A DNA stretch of 42,448 bases. Origin: Myxococcota bacterium (GTDB lineage: Bacteria; Myxococcota_A; UBA9160; PR03). The notes under the pieces were generated by a model, which saw only the letters and a program-made list of their open reading frames with translations, was not told the origin of the DNA and did not search any database. The position numbers were made by a program, and so were the translations under genes. How positions within the stretch are numbered: the first letter of the stretch is position 1; each line of letters begins with the position of its first letter. The stretch lies in contig JBFGJV010000002.1 of assembly GCA_041577015.1 (NCBI GenBank), forward strand, positions 1 through 42,448. Reading direction: 5' to 3'. Positions 18,075-28,447 of this stretch are shown in pieces.

Positions 18075-19261
18075 GCGCCGCTCCCTCCGGCGAGGCGGGC
18101 CCGGGCCGGCGGCCGCCCCAGACGTCGGGCCAGGCGTCGCACCGCCTCGGCGACGCGTTCCGGCGCGCACGCGGTGTAGCAGAGACGCACCCAGCCGGCG
18201 TACGCCTCGCCGCTCGAGGCGCCGGGAGCCAGGAGCACCCCGTCCTCCAGGCAATCGAGCAGGAAGCCGTCCAGACCGCGCGGGTCCAGGTGCGCGCGCA
18301 CGTCCAGGAACAGGAACGTGGAGCCCTCGGGCGCCTCGACGCCGAGCGTCGCCGCGGTCGCCTGGCCCGTGCCGCGGTAGCCCTCGCGCGTGCGGTCCAG
18401 CCAATCCGTGCCGTCTTCCAGCACCCGCAGCGCCGCCACCTGGCCCGTGGTCGGGGCGTTGTAGAGCGTGTGGGTGGTGACCTTGTGCACCTCGCGCACG
18501 ATGGCCGGCGGCCCGACCAGGTAGCCCACGCGGTTGCCGGCCATCGCCCACGCCTTCGAGAACGAGAACGCCGTGAGCGTCCGCTCGGGCGCGAAGCGCG
18601 CGATCGGGACGTGCTCCCCCCGGTACACCAGCCGCTCGTAGGTCTCGTCGGAGAGGATCCAGAGCCCACGGCCGCGCGCCCAGGCCGCCAGGGCCTCGAG
18701 CCAGTCTCCCGGCAGCACGCGGCCGGTCGGATTCGAGGGCGTCGAGACGTAGAGGGCCACGGTGCGCGGGCCGACGCAGGCGTCGAGCGCGGCCACCGCG
18801 GCCGCGCTCCCGTCCACCCGATCGTAGAAGGGAACCTCCACGGGTCGTGCACGCGCGCTTCGCACGATGCCCCGGATCAAGGGCCAGAAGGGCGCGCAAA
18901 GCAGCACCTCCTCCCCGGGCGCCGCCACCGTGGCGATCGCCGCCGCCAGGGCGGCCGTGGCGCCGCCGGTGACGACGATCGACTTCCGTTCGCACGCGAG
19001 GCCCAGGCGTGCACGCGTGTCCTCGACCAGCGCGTCCACCAGGGCCGGCACGCCGCGGGTCTCGCTGTAGCGATGCAGGCCCGGGTGGGCGTCCGCGCGC
19101 AGATCCTCGGCGCGGGCGCCGGGCATCGGCTCGAGCCAGGTATCCCCGACGTGGAGCGGGAACGACGGCGAGCGGGAGCGCGCCGCCCGTCCGGCGAGCG
19201 GCGAGAAGACGGCGTCCGCGATCGCGGCCACGTCGGGCACGGCCTCGGGCGGCCGGGGCAT
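18071..19261 (-). CDS. pyridoxal-phosphate-dependent aminotransferase, class I/II (aspartate-aminotransferase-like)
   Basis: 396-aa ORF. STPSNPTG, DETYERLVY, and the PLP-lysine context SFSKAWAMAGNRVGY. Confidence 0.88.
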   Translation of the reverse strand: MPRPPEAVPDVAAIADAVFSPLAGRAARSRSPSFPLHVGDTWLEPMPGARAEDLRADAHPGLHRYSETRGVPALVDALVEDTRARLGLACERKSIVVTGGATAALAAAIATVAAPGEEVLLCAPFWPLIRGIVRSARARPVEVPFYDRVDGSAAAVAALDACVGPRTVALYVSTPSNPTGRVLPGDWLEALAAWARGRGLWILSDETYERLVYRGEHVPIARFAPERTLTAFSFSKAWAMAGNRVGYLVGPPAIVREVHKVTTHTLYNAPTTGQVAALRVLEDGTDWLDRTREGYRGTGQATAATLGVEAPEGSTFLFLDVRAHLDPRGLDGFLLDCLEDGVLLAPGASSGEAYAGWVRLCYTACAPERVAEAVRRLARRLGRPPARARLAGGSGA

Positions 19262-19359
19262 GGCGTCCTCCCCAGCGGAACGTAGGGCTCGTGGCGAAGT
19301 TCGTCAGGCAGCGCGGGAAGTTGCCGTATGCTGGACGGCGAAACCTGGCGGGAGAATCC

Positions 19360-20271
19360 ATGGAGATACGCGAGCTGACCCGGGGACTGGAGTTTCCGGA
19401 AGGGCCCATCGCGCTTCCGGACGGGGACGTGCTGGTGGTCGAGATCCAGGGGGGAAGGGTCACGCGCGTGGCGCCGGACGGCTCGCGGCGGACGGTGGCG
19501 GAGCCTGGCGGCGGTCCCAACGGCGCCGCCATCGGTCCGGACGGGAAGGTCTACGTGTGCAACAACGGCGGCTTCACGTGGCACCGGCGCGACGGCCTCA
19601 CGGTGCCGGGCGAGCAGCCCCCCGACTACTCCGGCGGCCGCATCGAGCGCATCGACCTGGACACGGGTGCCGTCGAGGTGCTCTACCGCGCCTGCGACGG
19701 TCACGCCCTGCGCGGGCCCAACGACATCGTGTTCGACCGCGACGGCGGCTTCTGGTTCACCGATCACGGCAAGGTGCGGGCGCGGGAGCGCGATCGTGGG
19801 GGCGTCTACTACGCGCGGCCGGACGGCTCGTCGATCCGCGAGGTGCTGTGGGGACTCGATGCGCCCAACGGCATCGGGCTCTCGCCGCAGGGTGATCGCC
19901 TCTACGTGGCGGAGACCTGGAGCGGCCGCGTCTGGTTCTGGGAGATCGAGGCCCCGGGGCAGGTGCGCGCCGCGTCGGGGCTGACGCCGGCGGGAGGGGA
20001 GCTGCTGGCGGGCCTTCCGGGCTTCCAGCTGCTGGACTCCCTGGCCGTGGACAGCGCCGGAAACGTGTGTGTCGCGACGCTCGTGAACGGGGGCATCACC
20101 GTGATCGCGCCGGAGGGGAAGCTGGTGGAGCACGTTCCGCTTCCGGACCCCCTCACCACGAACCTCTGCTTCGGAGGCGAGGATCTGCGCACCGCCTTCG
20201 CCACGCTCTCCGGGACGGGTCGGCTCGTCGCCTTGGCCTGGCCCAGGCCCGGTCTGCGCCTGGCGTTCTGA
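19360..20271 (+). CDS. SMP-30/gluconolactonase/LRE family protein
   Basis: Real part of ORF 19009..20271. ATG at 19360 is preceded by GGAGA (19351-19355). LEFPEGPIALPDG, PNDIVFDRDGGFWFTD, APNGIGLSP, TNLCFGG. Confidence 0.88.
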   Translation: MEIRELTRGLEFPEGPIALPDGDVLVVEIQGGRVTRVAPDGSRRTVAEPGGGPNGAAIGPDGKVYVCNNGGFTWHRRDGLTVPGEQPPDYSGGRIERIDLDTGAVEVLYRACDGHALRGPNDIVFDRDGGFWFTDHGKVRARERDRGGVYYARPDGSSIREVLWGLDAPNGIGLSPQGDRLYVAETWSGRVWFWEIEAPGQVRAASGLTPAGGELLAGLPGFQLLDSLAVDSAGNVCVATLVNGGITVIAPEGKLVEHVPLPDPLTTNLCFGGEDLRTAFATLSGTGRLVALAWPRPGLRLAF

Positions 20272-20277
20272 CGCGGA

Positions 20278-21027
20278 TCAGCCGCCCCGCAGCCCCTGCC
20301 AGGCCAGGCGCAGCGCGAGCGCAGTCAGCACCACGCGGACCGCCAGGCGGAAGTGACGCTCGTCCACGCGCTCGAGCCAGCGCGTGCCGACCACGGAGCC
20401 CGCCAGCGCCGCCCCGCACAGCGCGGCCGTCGGCAGGGCAAAGCTCAGGAACGGAAAGCCCCCGATCCCGAACAGGCCCGTCTTGGCCAGGTGCCCCAGC
20501 GTCTGGCAGGCCGCGAAGGTTCCCACCATGGCCTGACGCGGAAGCTCGAGCGCCAGCATGAACGGCGCCAGCAGCGGACCCGTCGCGCCAACCAGCACGT
20601 TCGCAAAGCCCACCAGGGCGCCCACCGCCACGAAGCGCCGCCCCGGATCCCCGGCGCGATTCCACGAGCCGAGCCGGAACGTGCCCGGCAGCCAGGTCGC
20701 AACCAGCACGAAGCCGGCGATCCCCACCCGCAGTGCGTCGGGCGGGACGGAGCGCGCCACCCAAAGCCCGAGCGCGCCCGCCGGAAGCAGCAGCCAGGAG
20801 AAGCGGCCCACGATCCGCCAGCGGACGTGACGCCGCTGGAGATGGGCGCGCGAGACATTCGAGGCCAGCTGGACCACGCCGTGCACGGGGATCGCCACCA
20901 GCGGGTCGAGCACCAGCAACATCGCGGTGAGCAGCAGCAGCCCGCCCGCCATGCCCACGACGGCCGAGATCGTGGAGGTGGCCAGCGCGAAGGCGGCCAG
21001 AGCTGCCCAGAGCGCGGGGTCGAGCAC
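20278..21027 (-). CDS. sulfite exporter TauE/SafE family membrane protein
   Basis: 249-aa polytopic hydrophobic ORF with the TauE-type internal repeat (VVGMAGGLLL ... VGATGPLLAPF). GTG start. Confidence 0.8.
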   Translation of the reverse strand: MLDPALWAALAAFALATSTISAVVGMAGGLLLLTAMLLVLDPLVAIPVHGVVQLASNVSRAHLQRRHVRWRIVGRFSWLLLPAGALGLWVARSVPPDALRVGIAGFVLVATWLPGTFRLGSWNRAGDPGRRFVAVGALVGFANVLVGATGPLLAPFMLALELPRQAMVGTFAACQTLGHLAKTGLFGIGGFPFLSFALPTAALCGAALAGSVVGTRWLERVDERHFRLAVRVVLTALALRLAWQGLRGG

Positions 21028-21066
21028 CGTCGGCGGCTCCGTGATGCGGGGGGTCCGGACGCGCCC

Positions 21067-23226
<2,160 letters not shown>

Positions 23227-23348
23227 CAGCGGACGCTCGTCGGGGGGAGCAGGATTCAGGGCGGGCCTCCGGGTGACGACGCATGCGGGGAAGCCGCGTT
23301 CCGCGGCTGGGCCCCAACGATACCGCGCCTTGACCGTCTCCGGTCCCC

Positions 23349-23365
23349 GTCGGTAGAGTACCGAC
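23349..23365. promoter_or_regulatory. candidate TetR operator: inverted repeat GTCGGTA-GAG-TACCGAC
   Basis: 7-bp perfect arms with a 3-bp centre, 33 nt upstream of the tetR ATG, in the 171-nt divergent region. A third TACCG half-site lies at 23373-23377. Confidence 0.35.
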
Positions 23366-23397
23366 TGGTCAGTACCGCACGCCCGGAGCATCCCCCC

Positions 23398-24072
23398 ATG
23401 GGCGGTGCCGCCCTCGACATCCCCTGCGACGCCAAGCGCGAGCGCATCCTCCGAGCCGCCCGGGAGGCCGGCGCCCGGCGCGGCTTCGATGCGGTGCGTA
23501 TGGAGGAGATCGCCGCCGCGGCGCGTGTCTCCAAGGGCACGCTGTACCGCTACTTCGCCAGCAAGGAAGAGCTGCTGCTGGAGAGCGTGCTGGCGTCGGT
23601 GGCGGAGGCCGAGCGTTCCCTGGACGGGCCGACGCAGCGGTCCGCCGACGCTCGCGGGCGACTGCGGGGCCGGCTCGAGACGATGGTGCGGGCGTTTCCG
23701 GTGGTGCGCGACCGCCTGGAGCTGCATCTCCAGGCCTGGGGGGTGGTGGCGCGCGAACCCGAGGCACGCGCTCGCCTGTGCGCCGCGCTGCGGGCCTTCT
23801 ACGCGCGCCGCGTGACCGCCTTGACCGACGCGGTGCGAGCGGCGCAGCGGGAGGGGTCGGTGCGGACGGACGCGTCGCCCGACGCCCTGGTCTCGGCGCT
23901 GCTCGCGCTCTTCGACGGCCTGCTGTACCGCGCGATCTTCGAGCCTGCGGGAGCCGATGCAGACGAGCTGCGGCGTTCCCTGGACGTACTGCTCGGAGCC
24001 ACGGCGGAGCAGGGGGATGCCTCCCCGTCGCGCTCCGGACCCGCGCTCCGCCCCGTGGTGTCGGATGGCTGA
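23398..24072 (+). CDS. TetR/AcrR family transcriptional regulator
   Basis: Real part of ORF 20353..24072, ATG at 23398. N-terminal HTH: RERILRAAREAGARRGFDAVRMEEIAAAARVSKGTLYRYFASKEELL. Confidence 0.9.
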   Translation: MGGAALDIPCDAKRERILRAAREAGARRGFDAVRMEEIAAAARVSKGTLYRYFASKEELLLESVLASVAEAERSLDGPTQRSADARGRLRGRLETMVRAFPVVRDRLELHLQAWGVVAREPEARARLCAALRAFYARRVTALTDAVRAAQREGSVRTDASPDALVSALLALFDGLLYRAIFEPAGADADELRRSLDVLLGATAEQGDASPSRSGPALRPVVSDG

Positions 24073-25216
24073 GGCCTCTCGCCGCAGGCTGCTGCGTACG
24101 GGAATCCTCCTGGCAGCGCTCGGAATCGGTGCGCTCGGCGTCCTGCTGCTCTACACGACACCGCGACCCGACGCGCGGGAGGCCGTGGGCCAGGAGGCGG
24201 CGGCGGTGCCCGTGATCGCCCACCGCGTGGAGTCGCGCGTGGTGCAGCCCCGGACCGAGCTGGCCGGCGTCGTCGAGGCCCGCCGCAGCGTGGAGCTGTT
24301 CGCCGAGACCGACGGGCGCGTGGTGGAGCTCGGCGCCGAGGAGCTGGATCGGGTCGAGGAGGGTCAGCTGCTGGCCCGGATCGACACGCGGATGGCGCGC
24401 GTGGCGGTGGATCGTGCCCGTGCCGCGGTGGCGCGCACCCGGAGCGAGCTCGAGCTGGCGCGTCTCAGCCTGGCGCGGCGTCGCTCCCTGGCCGAACGCG
24501 ACGCCACCAGCGCCGCCGCGCTGGACGAGGCCGAGAACCAGGAACGCGTGGCGGCCGCGTCCCAGCGCGAGGCGCGCGCGGCGCTGGAGGAGGCTCTGGA
24601 TCGCCTGGGCAAGAAGATCATCCGGGCGCCCTTCGCGGGCGCGCTGCGCTCGTTCCCGCTGGAGGAGGGGGAGTACGTCCAATCCGGCCAGCGCATCGCC
24701 GAGCTCCTGGACCTCGAGCGCGTGCGCGTCCAGGTGGGCCTCTCGGACCGGGAGATCGTGGAGGTCCGGCCCGGAGCGCCCGCGAGCCTGCGGCTCGAGG
24801 CCCTGCCCGGGGAGTCCTTCACCGGCTCCATCGTCCGCGTCGGGTCCGCGTCCGATTCCGAGACGAAGAAGTTCCCGGTGCAGGTGGAGCTCCCGAACCA
24901 GGAGGGGCGGCTGCTTCCTGGCATGGTGGCCCGCATCGTCCTGGAGCTCGGTGGGGCGGAGACGCTCACCGTGATCCCTCGCGACGCCACTCGCGACGAG
25001 TACGGACTGCGCTTCGTCTTCGTCCTGGAGCGGGACGGCGGCGCCGATCTCTGGGTGGCGCGTCGCCGCCGCATCCAGGTGCGCGAGCTGCCCTTCCTGC
25101 CCGCCGACCTGGCGGTCACCTCCGGCCTCGAGCCCGGGGAGGAGATCGCCGTCTCGGGCCTGCGCCAGCTCCGCCACGGCGCTCCCGTCCGCCTGCTCCG
25201 GAGCGACGCCTCGTGA
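24065..25216 (+). CDS. efflux RND transporter periplasmic adaptor subunit (MFP/HlyD family)
   Basis: Real part of ORF 23957..25216. ATG at 24065 overlaps the tetR end by 8 nt. N-terminal TM segment, coiled-coil hairpin, and IRAPFAGALRSFPLEEGEYV lipoyl / beta-barrel motifs. Confidence 0.88.
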   Translation: MAEASRRRLLRTGILLAALGIGALGVLLLYTTPRPDAREAVGQEAAAVPVIAHRVESRVVQPRTELAGVVEARRSVELFAETDGRVVELGAEELDRVEEGQLLARIDTRMARVAVDRARAAVARTRSELELARLSLARRRSLAERDATSAAALDEAENQERVAAASQREARAALEEALDRLGKKIIRAPFAGALRSFPLEEGEYVQSGQRIAELLDLERVRVQVGLSDREIVEVRPGAPASLRLEALPGESFTGSIVRVGSASDSETKKFPVQVELPNQEGRLLPGMVARIVLELGGAETLTVIPRDATRDEYGLRFVFVLERDGGADLWVARRRRIQVRELPFLPADLAVTSGLEPGEEIAVSGLRQLRHGAPVRLLRSDAS

Positions 25217-28200
25217 GTCTTCCGCGCTTCTCCGTGCGGCAGGTGGTGCTCGTGAACCTCCTGTTCGGGTTCATCCTGCTGGCGGGAGCCTTCATCACGC
25301 CACGCATTCCGGTGGACGTGTACCCGGACATCTCCTTCTACAGCGCGGAGATCTTCACCGCATGGCCCGGCGCCTCGCCCGAGGAGGTGGAGCGTCTCGT
25401 CACCACCAAGATCGAGGACGAGATCGAGGGGATCTTCGGCGTCAAGGAGATGTTCAGCTTCTCGAGCCAGGGGCTCTCCGAGATCAACGTGGAGTGGGAC
25501 GAGACGCTGAGTGACCTGGAGTACGAATCGGCGTTGAACGATCTGCGCGCAGCCATCGACCGCGTGGACGACCTGCCCGAGGACGCCGAGACGCCGACCC
25601 TGACCGAGCTCTCGGTGAGCGAGGTCTACAACGTCTGCCTCGTCGCGCTCACGGACGAAGACGGCGTCGGGGAGTTCGCCCTCCGCGAGGTCGCTCGGGA
25701 TCTCGAGGATCGCCTGGAACGCATCCCCGGCCTGCGCAAGGCCGAGGTGCGGGGCATGCGGGACCGGGAGCTGCGCGTCCTGGTGGACAAGTACCGCGCC
25801 CTCACCTACGACCTCACCCTCCCCGAGATCAGCCGCATCATCGCCCAGAACAACCAGAACTTCGCCGGAGGCTCGTTCACGGATCCGCGCGACCAGGAGA
25901 TCACGGTTCGGGGCCTGGGGAACTTCACCTCGGCCCCGCACCTGGCGCAGACGGTGGTGCGCAAGAGCCCGGACGGCAATCACGTTCGCCTGGCCGACGT
26001 GGCCGAGGTGGTGGAGGGCTTCGAGAAGCGCCGCATCATCAACCGCTACGAGGGCAAGCCTTCCATCTTCCTGGGCATCTCGCAGGAGAGCGGGACCGAC
26101 GTGATGGAGCTGGTGGCGAGCGTGCGCGCCCTGGTGGACGACCACACGGCCCGGATGCCCGAGGGCATCGGCGCGACCGTGACCTGGGACACCTCCGAGT
26201 ACGTGGGCGCGCGCCTGGGCATCATGCAATCCAACCTGCTGTTGGGGATCGCCTTCGTGATCCTCGTGCTGTGGCTCACCGTCGGGATGCGCAACGCGCT
26301 GCTGGCCATCGTGGGCGTGCCCTTCTCCTTCCTGATGGCGCTGATCCTGTTTCCCGTGTTCGACATCACCATCAACTCGCTGTCCCTGATCGGCTTCGTG
26401 ATGGTCTCCGGAATGCTCGTGGACGACGCCATCATCATCTTGGAGAACATCTACCGACACGTGGAGGAAGAGATCCCCCTGCTGGACGCGGTGGTCAAGG
26501 GCACGGAGGAGGTGATGTGGCCGGTGACGGCGGCGATCTTCACCACGATCGCGGCCTTCATCCCGATGCTCACCGTCTCCGGGACGAGCGGCGAGTTCAT
26601 GTCGATCCTGCCGAAGACGGTGATCGTCTGCCTGCTGGGATCGCTGTTCGAGGCGCTGATCGTCCTGCCCGCGCACTATCTGGACTGGGGCAGCCGGCGG
26701 ACCGCGGCGGAGACGCTGGCAGCCGGAGATCTCGGCTGGCTGCGCCGGGTCTCCTCGCGAGCGCGGATGCGGGTGGAGCGCTCCATCGACCGGCTGCGGG
26801 AGGGCTACGCGCGGCTGCAGGCGCCGGTACTCCAGCACCGCGGCGCCTTCCTGGCGCTCTCCTTCGCCACGCTGCTGTTCGCCCTGGGGCTGTTCTCCCG
26901 GGTACCGGTGGACCTCTTCCCCAGCGACTTCAACAACCTGATCGTGAGCATCGAGGCGCCCACGGACTTCGGCCTGGAGCAGACCGACGCCGTGGTGGCG
27001 GGCGTGGAGGGAGCGCTCGGGGAGCTGGCCCACGAGCTGAGCGACGTCTCCACCACGGTGGGCTTCGGCTTCAACGCGGACCTGATCCCCATCATCGGCG
27101 TGAACCACGCCATGATGTTCGTGTCCTTCCCGAACACGCGCCGGAACATCGCGCACCCCACCCGCGTGCTGGATCTGGTCCGCGAGCGGCTCGACCGCCA
27201 CTGGAGCGAGCATCCCACTGCGATCCGCAAGCTCCTGGTGGCCCCCCCGCGCGCGGGCCCTCCCATCGGCAAGCCGGTGGCGATCCGCGTCCAGTCGGAG
27301 GACTACGGCGTCGCCAAGCAGATCGCGGACGAGATGAAGTCCGAGCTGGCTCGCCTGCCGGGCGTGTACAACATCGAGGACAACGTCCCGATCGGCCCCC
27401 GCGAGCTGCGCCTGGTGCTCGACGAGCACCGGGCCTCGCTGCACGGACTCACCTTCGAGGACGTGGGGCTCACGCTCGTCGCGGCCAACGACGGCGTGGT
27501 GCCCTCCACCTTCAAGGATCCGCTCTCGGACGAGGACGTGGACATCCGCGTGCTGCTCCAGGAGGACCAGCGCCGGAAGATCGGCGATCTGCTCGACGTG
27601 GAGGTTCGGACTCCCGCCGGCTCCCGGGTCAAGCTGGGCGACGTCGCCACGATCGAGCTCGAGCGCACCTTCCAGCGCCTGTACCACTACGATGCTCAGC
27701 GCGCCGTGGTGGTCTACGCCGACGTGGACGGCGAGCAGGCCACCTCCGTGCAGGTCAACGAGCACATGCGCGCGCGCTTCGAGGACGTCGTCGAGCGATA
27801 CGCTGGTGTGAACCTGGTCTTCGGCGGCGAGTTCCAGGCCACGGACGACGCCTTCGCCGACATGCGGCGTGCGCTGCTGCTGGCCGTGCTCGCCATCTAC
27901 GCGATCCTCGCGGCGCAGTTCCGTTCCTACCTGCAGCCGCTGATCGTCATGAGCGTGATCATGTTCTCGTTCATCGGGGTGGCGATGGGGCTCTTCCTGC
28001 TCTCGAGCCTCTTCGACGGCTACGCCCTCTCCATGTACGTCCTGTACGCGATCGTGGGTCTGGCCGGCATCGTGGTGAACGACTCGCTGGTGCTGATCGA
28101 CTTCGTGAACCAGGAGCGCCGCCGGGGCACACCGGCCTTGGATGCGGTGCGCCGGGCGAGCCGCAAGCGCTTCCGTCCCATCCTGCTGACCACCGTCACC

Positions 28201-28419
28201 ACGGTGACGGGCCTGGCTCCCATGGCGCTCGGCATCACCGGCTACTCGATCGTGTTCGGTCCCTTCGCCGCGGCCATCGTGTTCGGACTCACCGTGGCGA
28301 GCCTGCTCACGCTCTTCGTGGTTCCCGCGCTGTACCTGGGCCTGGAGGATCTCCAGGGCCGCCTGCGGCGCGGACCCGAGGCCGGCGCTGTGGCGTCCGC
28401 GGGGCCGCGCGCCGCCTGA
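25213..28419 (+). CDS. efflux RND transporter permease subunit (AcrB/AcrD/AcrF family)
   Basis: 1068-aa ORF. GTG at 25213 overlaps the MFP stop (GTGA). 12-TM architecture with two large periplasmic loops. GMLVDDAIIILENI and VVNDSLVLIDF. Confidence 0.93.
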   Translation: MSLPRFSVRQVVLVNLLFGFILLAGAFITPRIPVDVYPDISFYSAEIFTAWPGASPEEVERLVTTKIEDEIEGIFGVKEMFSFSSQGLSEINVEWDETLSDLEYESALNDLRAAIDRVDDLPEDAETPTLTELSVSEVYNVCLVALTDEDGVGEFALREVARDLEDRLERIPGLRKAEVRGMRDRELRVLVDKYRALTYDLTLPEISRIIAQNNQNFAGGSFTDPRDQEITVRGLGNFTSAPHLAQTVVRKSPDGNHVRLADVAEVVEGFEKRRIINRYEGKPSIFLGISQESGTDVMELVASVRALVDDHTARMPEGIGATVTWDTSEYVGARLGIMQSNLLLGIAFVILVLWLTVGMRNALLAIVGVPFSFLMALILFPVFDITINSLSLIGFVMVSGMLVDDAIIILENIYRHVEEEIPLLDAVVKGTEEVMWPVTAAIFTTIAAFIPMLTVSGTSGEFMSILPKTVIVCLLGSLFEALIVLPAHYLDWGSRRTAAETLAAGDLGWLRRVSSRARMRVERSIDRLREGYARLQAPVLQHRGAFLALSFATLLFALGLFSRVPVDLFPSDFNNLIVSIEAPTDFGLEQTDAVVAGVEGALGELAHELSDVSTTVGFGFNADLIPIIGVNHAMMFVSFPNTRRNIAHPTRVLDLVRERLDRHWSEHPTAIRKLLVAPPRAGPPIGKPVAIRVQSEDYGVAKQIADEMKSELARLPGVYNIEDNVPIGPRELRLVLDEHRASLHGLTFEDVGLTLVAANDGVVPSTFKDPLSDEDVDIRVLLQEDQRRKIGDLLDVEVRTPAGSRVKLGDVATIELERTFQRLYHYDAQRAVVVYADVDGEQATSVQVNEHMRARFEDVVERYAGVNLVFGGEFQATDDAFADMRRALLLAVLAIYAILAAQFRSYLQPLIVMSVIMFSFIGVAMGLFLLSSLFDGYALSMYVLYAIVGLAGIVVNDSLVLIDFVNQERRRGTPALDAVRRASRKRFRPILLTTVTTVTGLAPMALGITGYSIVFGPFAAAIVFGLTVASLLTLFVVPALYLGLEDLQGRLRRGPEAGAVASAGPRAA

Positions 28420-28447
28420 GCCGGAGTGTTAGCTTCCCCGCCGCGCG

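Noticed and set aside
23227-23391. Longer otsA start at ATG 23391 (or the track's 23727).
   Set aside because: It would leave 6 nt, or a negative distance, to the divergent tetR start and add ~55 non-homologous residues. GTG 23226 gives the canonical (M)LAANRLPF N-terminus.
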